Positions 1 to 12,489 of a stretch of 64,000 nt of DNA are shown piece after piece (position 1 is the stretch's first letter; each line of letters starts with the position of its first letter). Origin of the DNA: Lepidodermella squamata. Lineage: Eukaryota; Animalia; Gastrotricha. Under the pieces are notes generated by a model. That model had not been told where the DNA came from and did not search any database. It saw only the letters and a list, made by a program, of their open reading frames with translations. The position numbers were made by a program, and so were the translations under genes. The DNA is taken from positions 992,001 through 1,056,000 of the forward strand of contig JBLDXI010000030.1 of assembly GCA_047495785.1 (NCBI GenBank), read 5' to 3'.

Positions 1-888
1 ATTGTTGCGACATAGTAGATAGGTTTCCGCTTAACAGCTATGGAGAACACGATAGTTGAAATTGATCTATTAAATTCGGCCTTAAAGCTTGAAACCGAGT
101 AGCTGTGACTTGCGTAGCTCCAAATATCTGAATCGCTAAGAAATGCTGGGTTGATCCTGAAGTTGTTCACTATAACGCTTATTTTATCGGCTCGGTCTGT
201 GCCCCAAAATGTTAAGCTGCAGTGAAAAACGTCGAAAGGAAACTTTCTGAATGAAGTATCGCTGCATATCGAGTTTATTGTTCCGAGGCTGTCGTAGGTA
301 GCTCGGATTCTTCCATTATCGTCAAGATTTAGCTCAACATTGGTTCCGAGGCTGAAAGTAAGAATGATTGATAAGCCGGAGGTCTTTAATGGGAATTGGT
401 TTACTTTTGAAGAGTTTGGCTGCTTTCAGCACCATTTGCATGAGTAAACTGCGGGTACCAGATCGGACTTTCATCCGGTTTCCCGATGGGCAGCCAAAAA
501 TTTATTGTTTCAGGCTGTTTCCAGCAGGCGTCTTGATTGGCAGGGAGTTCTAATGTTGAGCAGTTGAAAACTTGCCCGCAGTTGTAGTACCAAGTGAACC
601 GTGCGTAAATCGATATAGATAGACTGATCAATAAAAGATCGAATAGAAAATGAAGGAGGGGTGAAGATGTTACCCTTTATTCAAATCATTGATGCCAACA
701 AGTCGCATGGCAGTGAAGATTGCATTTACTCCTAACGGTTCCTTGCAATTCAGAAGGTTGTCGGCTGGTAAGTTCGGTGAAAAAATGTCAGGGCTAGCTT
801 TTGCAAGATCATCGCGGATAGAGCTAATGTAGGTAGTTTTGCCTACGTTCGCATTTGCGATAATCACTAGAGGAACAATTTTAATCAT
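1..888 (-). CDS. Divergent Cys-loop pLGIC subunit A1 (3' end outside window); exons 888-674, 623-405, 351-<1
   Basis: Signal peptide, WYP loop A, Cys-loop CSDTSFRKFPFDVFHC; GT-AG phase-2 introns of 50 and 53 nt join the ORF pieces in frame. Confidence 0.9.
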
Positions 889-1209
889 GTTTTATCGAAG
901 CGGTTGAAGACTGAGCAATGGAATGAGCACTACGAAAACGGCTACATTTTTTTAATAAGCTTGTAGTTTTATTTGAGTAAACAGAAGGATCACGTGAAAA
1001 AGGATTATATTGCCGAACAATCAATAAATTGCTCCGCCACCAATCAAAAGCCAATCATGCGTGATGAACATCTAAAATCCCGTTCATGCTGTAAAAAAAC
1101 AGATTTTTTCTGAGATTTTCTCCACATATTATTGACATTGTTCGTCTATCCTTTGATGAACATATTAAACAATATCATTAGACAACACAAACATTTATGC
1201 CTGTTTCAA

Positions 1210-1700
1210 GCGCCAACCAGTGCTCCGAGTACGGGGGGTAAGGGGGGGGGGGGGGGGGTAAACAAACCGCCCTGGCGTTCGAAAAACGTAAGGGTCCGCC
1301 CTGTTGATTTGCAAATTTTTGGCTCAAAATGCTCGATTTACACCCTACTGACCTGAACCTAGTCGGATCTCTGGCGCCTACGACTACTACTTTAGCTGAT
1401 TACTCGTGTTTCTTGTATATTAACATATCAATTGAGATGGGGATATTTATCGCCTTGGCAATATGAAATTGAGCAACGAAGAGGATCGAGGAATCGAGTT
1501 TACAAATCGACCTTATTCGAAGTTATTTTTTCACCAGATGCTATACGAGCCAGCGCGAAGTAGGATCCTCAAACTATTTTTGGGGGCTATTAATGCGGGT
1601 TTTCCACTTCGGCCTGCGAACAAAATTCTCCCCGCTCCCCCCTCCTTTCCCCCTTTCCCTCCCCTCCGTTCAACACCGTAATTCTCGCACTAAATCTGGT
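1210..1700. repeat. Dispersed repeat, homologous to about 25340-25790
   Basis: Shared blocks such as aaaacgt(a/c)agggtcc..tgttgattt.caaattt and ttccactt.ggcc..gcgaaca; ends approximate. Confidence 0.6.
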
Positions 1701-1746
1701 CAAAACTTCAACAACATTTATTTATCAAGGAATCATTATGTTTACC

Positions 1747-3017
1747 TTACGAAGCAATCAAACAAATTAAAACAATGTCAGACAGTGAGATGAAGGCGCC
1801 AATAAAAATAGTAACAGAAGCATCGAGAAGCCTAATTTTAGAAGTTGTATATCGACATATGTCAACTTTAGCCTTAAACGCTGGTTTCGTAGCGAGGGGA
1901 CATGCAATAAGCATGTAAATCGTCAGAACAATTCCGGCTCCGTATTTCAATGCGATGAGAAGCACAATATAGACGAGCTCCGACGTTTGAGGGATCATAG
2001 TGAAAAGTATTCCTAGAGTGACAGAATTCGCAAGAACGACTGTCATACTAAATGCCGGCCTATCAGGTATTTCAGGCGGAATAATCATAGCCATCATTTG
2101 CGTTAGATACAGCCCATACGTAGGTAGAAATATAGTCGCGACGTAGTAGATTGGTTTCCGCTTAACAGCTATTGAGAACAAGATGATAGGGATTGTTTGA
2201 TTCTCGGAATTAGAGACTGACGAAACCGAGTAGCTGTGTCCTACGTAGTTCCAAATATCGGAATCGGTGAGAAAGCCTGAGCCAATTTTGAAGTTTTTCA
2301 CTTGGAATATTATTTTATCGGCTCGGTCCTTGCCCCAAAATGTTATGCTGCATTGAAAAACGTCGAAAGGAAACTTTCTGAATGAAGTATCGCTGCATAT
2401 CGAATTCATCGTACCGAAGGTCTCGTAAATAGCCCGGATTCTCCTCTTGTCATCAAAAAGAACCTCAACGTTGCTTCCGAGGCTGAATTATTAAAAAATT
2501 GACAATAATGATCATTTATTCTGGATGTCTTACTTTTGTAGAGTTTGGCTGCTCTCGGCACCGTTTGTATGAATAAGCTGCGGGTACCACGTGCTAGTTT
2601 CATCTGGTTTCCCTGTAGGCAGCCAAAAATTGATTCGCTCAGGGTGGTTCGAGCAGACATCTCGATTGCCGGGGATTTCTAATTTTGAGCAGTTGAAAAC
2701 TTGCCCGCAGTTGTAGTACCAAGTGAAACGCACGTATATCGAGGTCGACAGACTATCCCAGAAAAGATTTTATGGGAAAGGAAGGTGAATTAAAGCTTAT
2801 ACCCCTTATTTAAATCGTTAATACCAACAAGTCTGAGGGCTGTAAAAGCAATTTTCACATCTAACGGTTCGTTGCAATTCATTAGGCTGTCTGCGGGTAA
2901 GTTAGTTGAAATTATGTCGGGGCTCGCTGTTACGAGATCATTCTGGATAGAGCTAATGTAAGTGTTTTGGCCATTCGTAGCAGTGATAGCAGTCACTAGT
3001 ACAATCATTCCAATCAT
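1747..3017 (-). CDS. Divergent Cys-loop pLGIC subunit A2, 389 aa; exons 3017-2803, 2752-2534, 2482-1747
   Basis: Exons of 215+219+736 nt splice in frame; signal peptide, Cys-loop, M1-M4. Confidence 0.92.
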
Positions 3018-3529
3018 GTTCTGTGGATACGATGAAAAAATGGACGAAAGTTCTGATCACAGCTGAATATTGTCAATTAGTTTTTTTTGTCGCATCCTTT
3101 GAGCAAACAGAAGATTCTGGTGACAGAGCTGAACAAAGCCGAGTCTACCTGCAGTCACAACTCACGAACAACTCTCTTGTCTGACATTACGAAAATCTAA
3201 TATCTCGTATCCGGTTTATGCTGAAAAAAGCCTTGTAATAAACAATGGAGTAATTTTGGACACAGTTTGTGCTTATTTGGACTATATTCTCGGCGCTAGT
3301 CCGTTACTCGGAGGCCGATGCTGTCCCTGCGCTCAATAGCGGTCAACGACGTGACAGCTTAGGTTTGAGTTTTCACGATGCAGAGATGAGGTTTCAAAAT
3401 CTAGTGCAACATTTCGCGCTCTATCCAACCATATAAATTTTGAAGCTGTATCATAAAGATTTCCTCATGTATCAGGGTTTTAAAAACGTTGAGAGCCTGC
3501 AAGGCCGCAACAATATTTTTGGTGTTGCT

Positions 3530-3605
3530 CTGCGGGCTGTCGGGATGGAACGTACGACCTTCGATGATGACGAGGGGGCGCTCGATCCACTGCGCCACTG
3601 TGTTC
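3530..3605 (-). other. tRNA-derived (SINE-head-like) sequence
   Basis: A-box-like TGGCGCAGTGG and B-box-like GTTCCATCCC at tRNA spacing; no clean cloverleaf. Confidence 0.4.
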
Positions 3606-4286
3606 CACTTAAGGATGAGTCAGCAGCAAAAAGTACGAGTTAGAACTAAATCTTGTTGTTGTCGTAGATGAATTTATTCTTTATTCGTGGCTCCCAAAAT
3701 ACTGTCCGATTTATGCATCCTATTGTTTAGTTTTCAATTCCGTATCTCCCTTTTCCATCGCTGGTAATAATGCTGCTTAAATATTTGAATTTCGTTACGT
3801 TTTCAAGTTATTTTTACGGTTTAAATAGCTACGAAATTTAAACGGCGACATTTGGAGGGCAATAATTCGTACCATATTTCACATGAAAGACTAATTATGA
3901 ATAGTGACGCCAAAATTGCATCTTAAGAAAAGTCAGCAAATATAATCGTTCTTCCGACAAAACCGGCTCATTTTCACCCCCTCAATTACCAAATCATCCT
4001 CGAATACCAACATGCAGTCCGTAAGTTTTCTTACTGAAAAATACAACCGTACTGTTGTATTTTTCCTTAAGACGCATATTATGCGTCACTATTCACTATA
4101 TGTGCCATCTTCTGCCAATGAGCGCAGTGGTGTTTTGTAATTGGACCTGGCCAATAATGGAGAAAACTCATACAAACCTTCAGACATTACAGGGTGACAA
4201 CATTCCATCCATCCAATATGATATTATGCACCATTTTTGTGATCTTTTTCCATAATAAAAACAAGATATTTCTTTAGGAGAATATT

Positions 4287-5567
4287 CTACGAAGCCATCA
4301 GACAAATCAAAACAATGTCAGATATCGCGACGAAGGCCCCCATGAAAATAGTAACACAGGCATCGAGAAGCCTGATTTTAGAAGTTGATAATCGCCATAT
4401 TTTGACTTTCGCTCGAAATACTGGTTTGTCAGCAATAGGGCACACGATAAGCATATAAATCGTCAAAACGATGCCAGCTCCGTATTTCAAAGCGATTAGA
4501 AGCACGATGTAGACGAGTTCGGACGTTTCAGGGATCATAGTAAATAGCATCCCTAGAGTCACAGAATTTGCTAGAACGACTGTCATACTGAATGAGGGTC
4601 TATCAGGTGTGTCGGGCGGAATTATCACTGCCATAATTTGCGTGAGAAACAGCCCATACGTAGGCAGAAAGATTGTTGCGACGTAGTAGATAGGTTTCCG
4701 TTTCACCTCGATGGAAAACTCGATAAGTGGGACTGCTTGATTTTCTGCATTCCTGATTACAGTAACGTCGTGGCTGTGGCTAATGTAGGTCCAAATATCT
4801 GAATGGCTGAGGAATCCTGTGCCAATTTTGAAGTTTTTCACTCGGAACCTTATTTTATCTGCTCTATCCCTGCCCCAAAATGATAGGTTGCAATGAAAGA
4901 CATCGAAAGGAAACTTTCGGAAAGAAGTATCGGTGCATATCGAATTCAATGTTCCAAAGGTCTCGTAAAACGCCCAGATCCTTCCTATATCATCTAAAAG
5001 AACCTCAACGTTAGTTCCGAGGCTGAAATGAATCTTGATTGATACTCGAAATACTTGATTTTTAAAATAATATCTTACTTTTGAAGACTTTGGCTGCTCT
5101 CGGCGTTGTTGTGATGGAGAAATTGCGGGTACCACGTGTTAGTTTCATCTGAACTCCCTGTTAGCATCCAAAAATGTACTTGCCCGGGGTGATTCTTACA
5201 GACATCTCGATTGTCAATGAGTTCTAGTTTTGAGCAGTTGAAAACTTGTCCGCAGTTGTAGTACCAATTGAACCGAATTAAAACTGTCAGTGATAGACTT
5301 TATCGAAAATTCATTTGTTAAAATTTTAATTGTTTGATAATTATAGTTCTTTTCTCACGCTTTATTTAAATCATTGATGGCAACTAGCCGTACGGCGGAA
5401 AAGGAGATATTGACTCCCAACGGTTCGTTACAATTCAGTAGGTTGTCGACGGGTAAGTTTGTTGACAAAATGTCAGGACTTGCTTTTCCGAGATCATCAC
5501 GAATAGATTTAATGTAAGTGCCAACAGCCGCAGTTGCGAAAATCACTAGAGCAAAAATTGTAATCAT
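4287..5567 (-). CDS. Divergent Cys-loop pLGIC subunit A3, 387 aa; exons 5567-5359, 5297-5079, 5022-4287
   Basis: Exons of 209+219+736 nt splice in frame; close paralog of A1 and A2. Confidence 0.92.
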
Positions 5568-6255
5568 GTTTTATCGATGCGATGCAAGAATGAGCATTAG
5601 CGAGCGCGGAATTCTGTAAACGTTTTTCTTTTGTTTTTTCACAATTACCTGAGCAAACAGTGATAGAGTTCTATCCTGCTATTCTGCTATGAAGCCAAAG
5701 TATTCACTCGCCTATCAGGAGTCTTCATATGTAACAAATGTCGAAGTCGCGCTTATTTTTTGAAAAAAACAAAGTTTTGATTGAAATTGAACTGGCAAAC
5801 CTCGAGCACGCACTGTATACTATGCGGCGTTCCGTTTTCCCTTCGCATTGATATGGGTAGTTTTGATTGAAATCGGAGTGAAAACTTGCATTAGATATCA
5901 CTTAAAGGTATAGCCAAGTAATTGATCTCCAAGCCTGTGGGATGTTTCAGCACGGCAAAGACTAAATTATACCCCTTCGGATTTGGCTGGATATTTTCTT
6001 TTCGGCAAGCATTCTTCTCCTTATCTGTTCCAAAGGCTGGCGCTGTGGTGTTTGGATAAAAAAATCGAAGTTCTAGGTCGAAAAAGTGAGCGAAATCGAT
6101 GGTCAGTGCGCAACCGTTTGCTCGCGTTAATATTTAATGTCCAAGCTATGCACTGGCACAATCGATCACAGATCAATAGCGCGAAACTCCACTAACTACT
6201 TTATAGCGAAACTACAGAAAAAACACAGTTATTCGCTAAAAAAACCTGCTGTGAA

Positions 6256-7497
6256 ATGCAGAGAAAAAATTGCTGGAAATTAGCGCAAGTTATAGGGCTC
6301 ATCCTTGCCTGTAATGCTCAATCTCCTGGGCTCAACTTCATAGCTGTGATATCGAATAACAGCCCGGCGAATCATTGTACAAGATCCGCCTCTATGTCTC
6401 TTGCCTTCTTCTCTACAATCAACGCAGGCAATGTTTCGTACAACAACGCGTTGAAATCTCTAAAACTGCTGCAAAATGTCGATATCACAACGGATAACAA
6501 CGATGAAGACATGCTGTTAGAGCTATTTGTCGATAGGGCTGATAAACCCCCGATTACAAGCGTTGCCTTTCGATGCTACGACTCGCCACTAACGAATAAA
6601 CAGTCTTGCTCGATCAGTCAGCAAATCGGTGGGAGACTTTTGACCCCACCTTTCACCCCAGTTGCGACTTTCTGGCAAAAGTACAACTTCGATTTACTCG
6701 GCACGAATTTCGAGACTGGGAATCTCCATTCGTATGAAAAGGTCTACACCTTGCGATCGAAGCTCAAGTCTGAACTGGACGACCCTAACAACTGCTCGGG
6801 CGAAACTTTCTCCCTCGTGGTAGATCGGATTAAGGGAGAGAATGATGACGGTACGATGACCATGGTTGGCGGCCAGCCGTTTCCTGTCAAGTTATTCGAT
6901 GGCGACAAGTGCTCGAGCGACCTTTTGAATAGGGAAGATGATCGATCAAGTGCTTACATATGCTTAGGTAAAATCAGCTCTCAGCTATCAGCCCAATCGA
7001 CCTCGAGCCCGCAAGGTATGGGACAGGACATTGAAAGCTCCTCATAATAATAACTTCCAATATTGTTTTCAGACCCTACACCACCACCGCGAAGGCAAAT
7101 ACCCACGATTGACCAATCTTTCTTCCCAGCTATGATGACATTCCCAGGCGCAATTTTGATTACCAAGAACCTCCAATCTACAACAGAAGCGCAATCATCG
7201 ACGTTGCTATCCAACGACCTTATCGTAATCCCTGTTATCATTTTCGCCGCTGTGGTCATCGCTCTACCCGTGGTCTACCTATGGCGTAGTCGTATCAGGT
7301 CTTGGTGGGCTATGAGACGCCGCCAAGCTATTGCAGCGTCACAGCCAGCTGTTAACCTTGGCCCGCCTACTGTTACTTCGAACACGGTTTCCAACGATCA
7401 GGTCCATATTGAAGGGATTCACTCAGCTGCTTCTGCTTCTCCACCGAGTTATGAGCAAGTCATGAAAACATGCCCACCGCAGAGCACAGAAAACTGA
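6256..7497 (+). CDS. Type I membrane protein, about 394 aa, with cytoplasmic PPSY motif; exons 6256-7015, 7073-7497
   Basis: N-terminal hydrophobic signal, Cys-containing ectodomain, S/T/P-rich stalk, TM (LIVIPVIIFAAVVIALPVVYLW), basic stop-transfer, SPPSY; 57-nt GT-AG intron joins the two ORFs in frame. Confidence 0.8.
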
Positions 7498-7589
7498 TTC
7501 ATACAGTTTCGAAATAAAAAATCTACTTTACAAATTAATACAAAATAAATCTTAGTTAAAAAAGAAGAACATCTCAGTACTAGAAAAAA

Positions 7590-7945
7590 ATGGGCCATGC
7601 TGGGCCAAATTTCATGCTATTAGCATGTAGGCAGTTAGCATCATTCCTTCTACGTATTTCACAGCGAGAAACTACGATGTAGATGATTTCTGACGTAACC
7701 GTGATTTGAGTCGAAAGCAAACCAACCGTGACTGTATTTGCGAGAACAACCGTCATGCTGAATGAAGGCCGATCCGGCATTCCCGGTGGCATGATCAAAC
7801 AGAAGAGTTGGGTTAGGAACAAGCCTTAGGTTGGTGTAAACAACGTGTAAAGCCAACTGCTCTGCTTTTGCCGAAATTTGAACACTAAATTTACTTGGGT
7901 GAAAGTGTAAGTTTTGTCGTAACCATCTGCTGTGGTGAAATGAAA
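7590..7945 (-). pseudogene. Frameshifted fragment of a family A pLGIC exon 3 (loop C to M3)
   Basis: ORF pieces DGYDKTYTFTQVNLVFKFR and MPDRPSFSMTVVLAN lie in different frames. Confidence 0.85.
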
Positions 7946-8573
7946 ACATGCCCACCAGGAAGCGCCGACACTTGATTCAAAAACGTTTCGAAATAAAAAC
8001 TGCATCAACAATCATTTGTTAGTTAGAAAGGAAGTATTTCTCAACACTAGAATAAAATTATACCCATTGTAAGGGTGCAAAAGGATCAGTTATGAGTTAT
8101 GACGATGACTAATGTGCTGTAATCCTTGATCAAGGCCGCAAACTGATAATTTTTCGAATGCTGTTTCGAAGAAGCAGGCCTGCCTGGAAAAAATTAAAAA
8201 AACTGCCTCTGCTTCTCCGCGAACATAGATGAAGTGGAAAAATGACACAACGCAGAATAGAAAAAGAAAAACCCAGAGAATTAAATTCGAAATAATTTCA
8301 AATCAAAGCAATAGTAATACATTAAGAATCAGTATTAGTGATTAGTGGAGATAGGAATTATGCATGAGTGTTGAGATAAAAGACTCTATCATCTTAACCT
8401 CAAGTTAAATCGTTAATAGCACATAACAGATCAGATATAATCAGATTGATAGATCGCCAATTATCAAATCAGTCCTAATTGAGTATTTCCATTCCTCATG
8501 TTTTGTATTGGGGATTGGAGAAAAGCGAATATTAATATGAGACTGCGTTTAGTTGTGATCCGATTTTCGTTGC

Positions 8574-9863
8574 TTATGCCGTCATTAGAGAGAAGAGAAC
8601 AATGTCGGCCATGCTAAGTGATGCGACTATGATGATTCCAATGATGACATCAGCAAGCCGAACCCAGGTCAGTTTCTGTCCGAATATTTCGATTAAACTT
8701 GTACTATGTTGGGCAAAATTGCAAGCGATCAGCATGTAGACAGTCAGCAACATGCCCACGACGTATTTCATAGCAATTGAAACAACGATGTAGATAATTT
8801 CCGATGTATCCGGGATTTGATTCGAGAGTAGGTCAAGCGTGACAGAATTTGCAAGAACAACCGTCATGCTGAATGATGGCCGATCTGGCATATCCGGCGG
8901 CATGATTAATCCGAAGAGTTGGGTTAAAAACAAACCATAGGTTGGGATAAACAAAGTGTAAACGTAGCTGCTCTGCTTTCTCCTGAACTTGAAAACTAAA
9001 TCGATTTGGATAACAGTGTACCTATCGTCGTAACCATCAATTGTCGTGAAGTTGAAAACCCTGGCATGACTATCATCGAGCAACCAAATATCAGTGCCAT
9101 CGATCCACTCAGAGGAAATATTAAACTCCTTTACGTAGTAATTCGCCATTTCTCCCCTATCTACAGGCCAGAAATCGAGAGTGCATTCGAAGGTGTCGAA
9201 TGGAAACTTGGAAAATGACGTGTTACATTGAGTTGTCAAAGTTCCGGGGGCTAACAGGCTGCCATACAACTGCTTTCCAGAGCTCATAAATACTTGAACT
9301 GATTTCACCATGCTTAAATGTTAGAACAACTTACTAGGTTATAAATCGAAAAAATTGCACAGTTAGGGTACCTGTCAAAAGGTGAATTAGTGGAATGACC
9401 GTTTTCATGAATCAAGTCCGGGTACCAAACAGGATTCTCATCCGGCTTGCCGAGAGGTAGCGGGAAGTTGATAGACATTCTGTCGTTTTCGCACAAATTT
9501 CGCGACACATTACTCCCCAAATTCGAGCAGTCGATCGTACGATTGCAGGAATACGGCCAGTCCATCGAGTAGACACCTGAGAAGCTCAACCTTTACAAAG
9601 TTTTCTTTAGCAGACGCCTGAATTCATAAGTAAATTTACGTCTTATCTTTGTCCACTATGTCGATGAAACGAAATATTCTAGCCCGAAAGAAAACGGGAA
9701 GTCGCATGGCGCATCTCGTTTTGCTATCGAGTGGTAAATTCGGAGAAGTTACATCCGGGAAAGCCTCGATAATGTCTTTCCGAATGGTTTCAGCATCTGA
9801 AATTCCTTCAAGTTTTTGAGTCAGAATAGCGATGAAAAACAAAAGGGTAAGTCTAGCAATCAT
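8574..9863 (-). CDS. Divergent Cys-loop pLGIC subunit A4, 393 aa; exons 9863-9640, 9590-9372, 9312-8574
   Basis: Exons of 224+219+739 nt in frame; Cys-loop CNTSFSKFPFDTFEC. Confidence 0.92.
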
Positions 9864-10094
9864 TTTGGTGGTATCATTCGATTGCAAAATAGGAAGTTGG
9901 TTGCAGACAACACTGTCACGGGCTCATCGATTTAGCATTTGGACCAGTCGCAATCGGTATTTGCGTTAGTCTTGACGGAAATTAGACACGACCTGCTCTC
10001 CCTCCTAAATATTGACTTCCGCAATTTCAGTGTATTTTGCCATTTTGCGCAAAAGCAATATTATGCAAACCACGTGACCGTTAAAAGTCCGTCA

Positions 10095-10330
10095 ATTTGT
10101 TGAGTCACAGCAGTGATGTAAAAGATAAGGGCCAATCCAGCTAGCATTGCGTTTGCAATAATTCTATTGCAAAGTAGAAAATTTGACAATGCCACGCTTG
10201 CTCATCCATCGGTCAGGCTCTTGCACTTATAGTGTTTACCGATAGTCTTGACGCAAATGAGACATTTCCGACAATTATTGACAAAGCCGAGCAAAAATAC
10301 ACCATAACTACAAAAATCTGGAATTTTGGT
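10095..10330 (-). pseudogene. Orphan copy of the start of exon 1 plus upstream region of an A9-like gene
   Basis: Matches about 28745-28975 (aatccagctagcattgc, aaatttgacaatgcc, tgtttaccgatagtc, gacaaagccga). Confidence 0.7.
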
Positions 10331-10513
10331 TGAAAAATTAGATTCACATTCGATGTTCACCGTTTTCGAAGTCGTGAAAGAGGACAGAATAGATGAAAGA
10401 GGTCAGCATAGATTGAAAATGTGAATGACGATAATCAGCCAGCGGCATGTGCTGCCCTTCAGAGTTATACGGAGAACAGACATTGTGTTTCAAGTAGTAA
10501 GTAGCACTTTGTC

Positions 10514-10786
10514 CCGCGCGCTGATTGGTCAATTTATTGTTGCTATGACTCCGGGATGAAACAATTTAGTCGTGCGATCCACTAATAAATTATTTTCTAT
10601 TTATGCAAAAAATGACCTTGCCACACCCTCTGCACGGTTTCCATTGACCACGAGCGTAAACCCCATAATAATCGTAGCAATTTACTGCGGCAAAAAACAC
10701 TTGTTGCAAAAAATTTCATGGATCGCACAACCAACATGTTTCATCCGGGAGTCATAGCAACGATCGATTGACCAATCAGCGCGCGC
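10514..10786. mobile_element. MITE-like element with about 50-bp imperfect terminal inverted repeats
   Basis: cgcgcgctgattggtcaat...gttgctatgactccgggatgaaaca versus its reverse complement at 10737-10786. Confidence 0.7.
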
Positions 10787-10873
10787 CCAGAAATTCTCAA
10801 TTTAGCTCAAGCACAATGAGAGAATTAGTTGACAACTGAATGAAAGCTACTCCATATTTGGATCTGATATGTT

Positions 10874-12159
10874 TCATGATGTCATTAATGAGAACAGAAC
10901 CATGTCGGAAAATGTCAGCGATACTACTATGATACTTCCAATGATGAAATCAGCCAGACGAACTCTGGTCACCTTCCGGCCGAATATTTCAATTAAATTT
11001 GTTTGTTGCTGCGCGAAATTGCAGGCCGCCAACATGTAGACGGTCAGTAACATGCCTGTAACGTATTTCATAGCTATCGAAATTACGATGTAGATGACTT
11101 CAGACGTGTCAGGAATTTGAGATGCGAGAAGTTCAAGCGTTACTGAATACGCGAGAACAACCGTCATGCTGAATGACGGCCGATCGGGCATATCCGGTGG
11201 CATGATCAAAGACGACAGTTGGGTTAAGAACAAACCATAGGTCGGGGTGAAAACAGTGAAAACATAACTGATCTGCTTCCGCATGAACTTGAAGTCCAAG
11301 TCGACAAAGACTACTGTGTAATCGTCCTTGTAGCCATCCTTAGTTGTAATGTTGACAACGGAAGAATGATAAGAATCCAAAAGCCATATATCACTGTCTT
11401 CAATGAAGCCAGGAGAAAGGACAAGCTCTTCTATGTTGTACATTGATAACTCGCCTTTATCTGCTCTCCAGAATGTGTAGATGCACTCGAAAGTGTCGAA
11501 TGGAAATTTTGCGAAGGATGTATTGCAATGAGCAGACAAAATTCCAGGAGCAAACAGAGTTCCGAATAACTTTCTATCACTGCTCAAAGACACTTGGACC
11601 GACTTCGCCATCCTTTAAAAACAAGGGATATCGTATAATAAATGACTGTTTTAGGATTAAAGTTACTTGTCAAAGGGGAATCTTTCGGTTTCGCCATTTT
11701 CGTGAGTCAAGCTTGGATACCAAACAGGGCTATCATCCGGCTTACCAAGGGGTAGATCGAAATCGATCCATGATCTATTGTTTTCACACGCTTTACTAGT
11801 CAAGTTGGCTCTCAATTTTGAACAGTCGATAGTTTGATTGCATGCATACGGCCAGTGGAATGTGAAAATGCCAGATAAGCTCAATCTGAGACAATGCTTT
11901 AAGAAACTAAACGCGGTATTTCCGTAAATAATTACGTTTTATCTTTGTCAACGATTTCGATGAAACGAAGCATCGTCGCCTGTATTGATACCTGTAGTGT
12001 GGTTCCACATCTCGACATGTTATCCACTGGCAAATTAGGCGATGTTACATCAGGGTAGGCTTCAAGTATGTCTCCACGGATGGTCCCAGCATCAGAGATT
12101 CCTTGAGACACACGAATAGTGAAAGCGAAAACGATAAGAAATGCCGATACAGCTTGCAT
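10874..12159 (-). CDS. Divergent Cys-loop pLGIC subunit A5, 393 aa; exons 12159-11936, 11885-11667, 11612-10874
   Basis: Exons of 224+219+739 nt in frame; Cys-loop and four TM helices. Confidence 0.92.
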
Positions 12160-12489
12160 TGAATTGTGTTTAATGTGAAAAAGAACCAACACAAAACTGA
12201 TCCGTCAACTTTATTTTCGCAATGCTTTCATGAGCGCAATATCCTCTCGGGAACTTTTCTATTGATTCACGTATTGACTCACGCGGCGGGCCCAGCGGTT
12301 AATTTGGGGCCGCCAATTATGACTTCTTCAGATACCGTTTCAGATTCCGCCTAAATCTATGCTCAAGTCGGAGAGCGAAGTAGGACGGCGGAACTGGTAA
12401 AGATATAGAAAATCGACATAAGCTTCCCCTTTTATCATTGATTGAGCTGACCGTGCGGGGTGATGATACTGGTAAGGATGATTCCTATC

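Noticed and set aside
9006-9218. Antisense ORFs repeated opposite channel genes (also 27944, 32810, 34923)
   Set aside because: Shadows of conserved coding sequence on the other strand.
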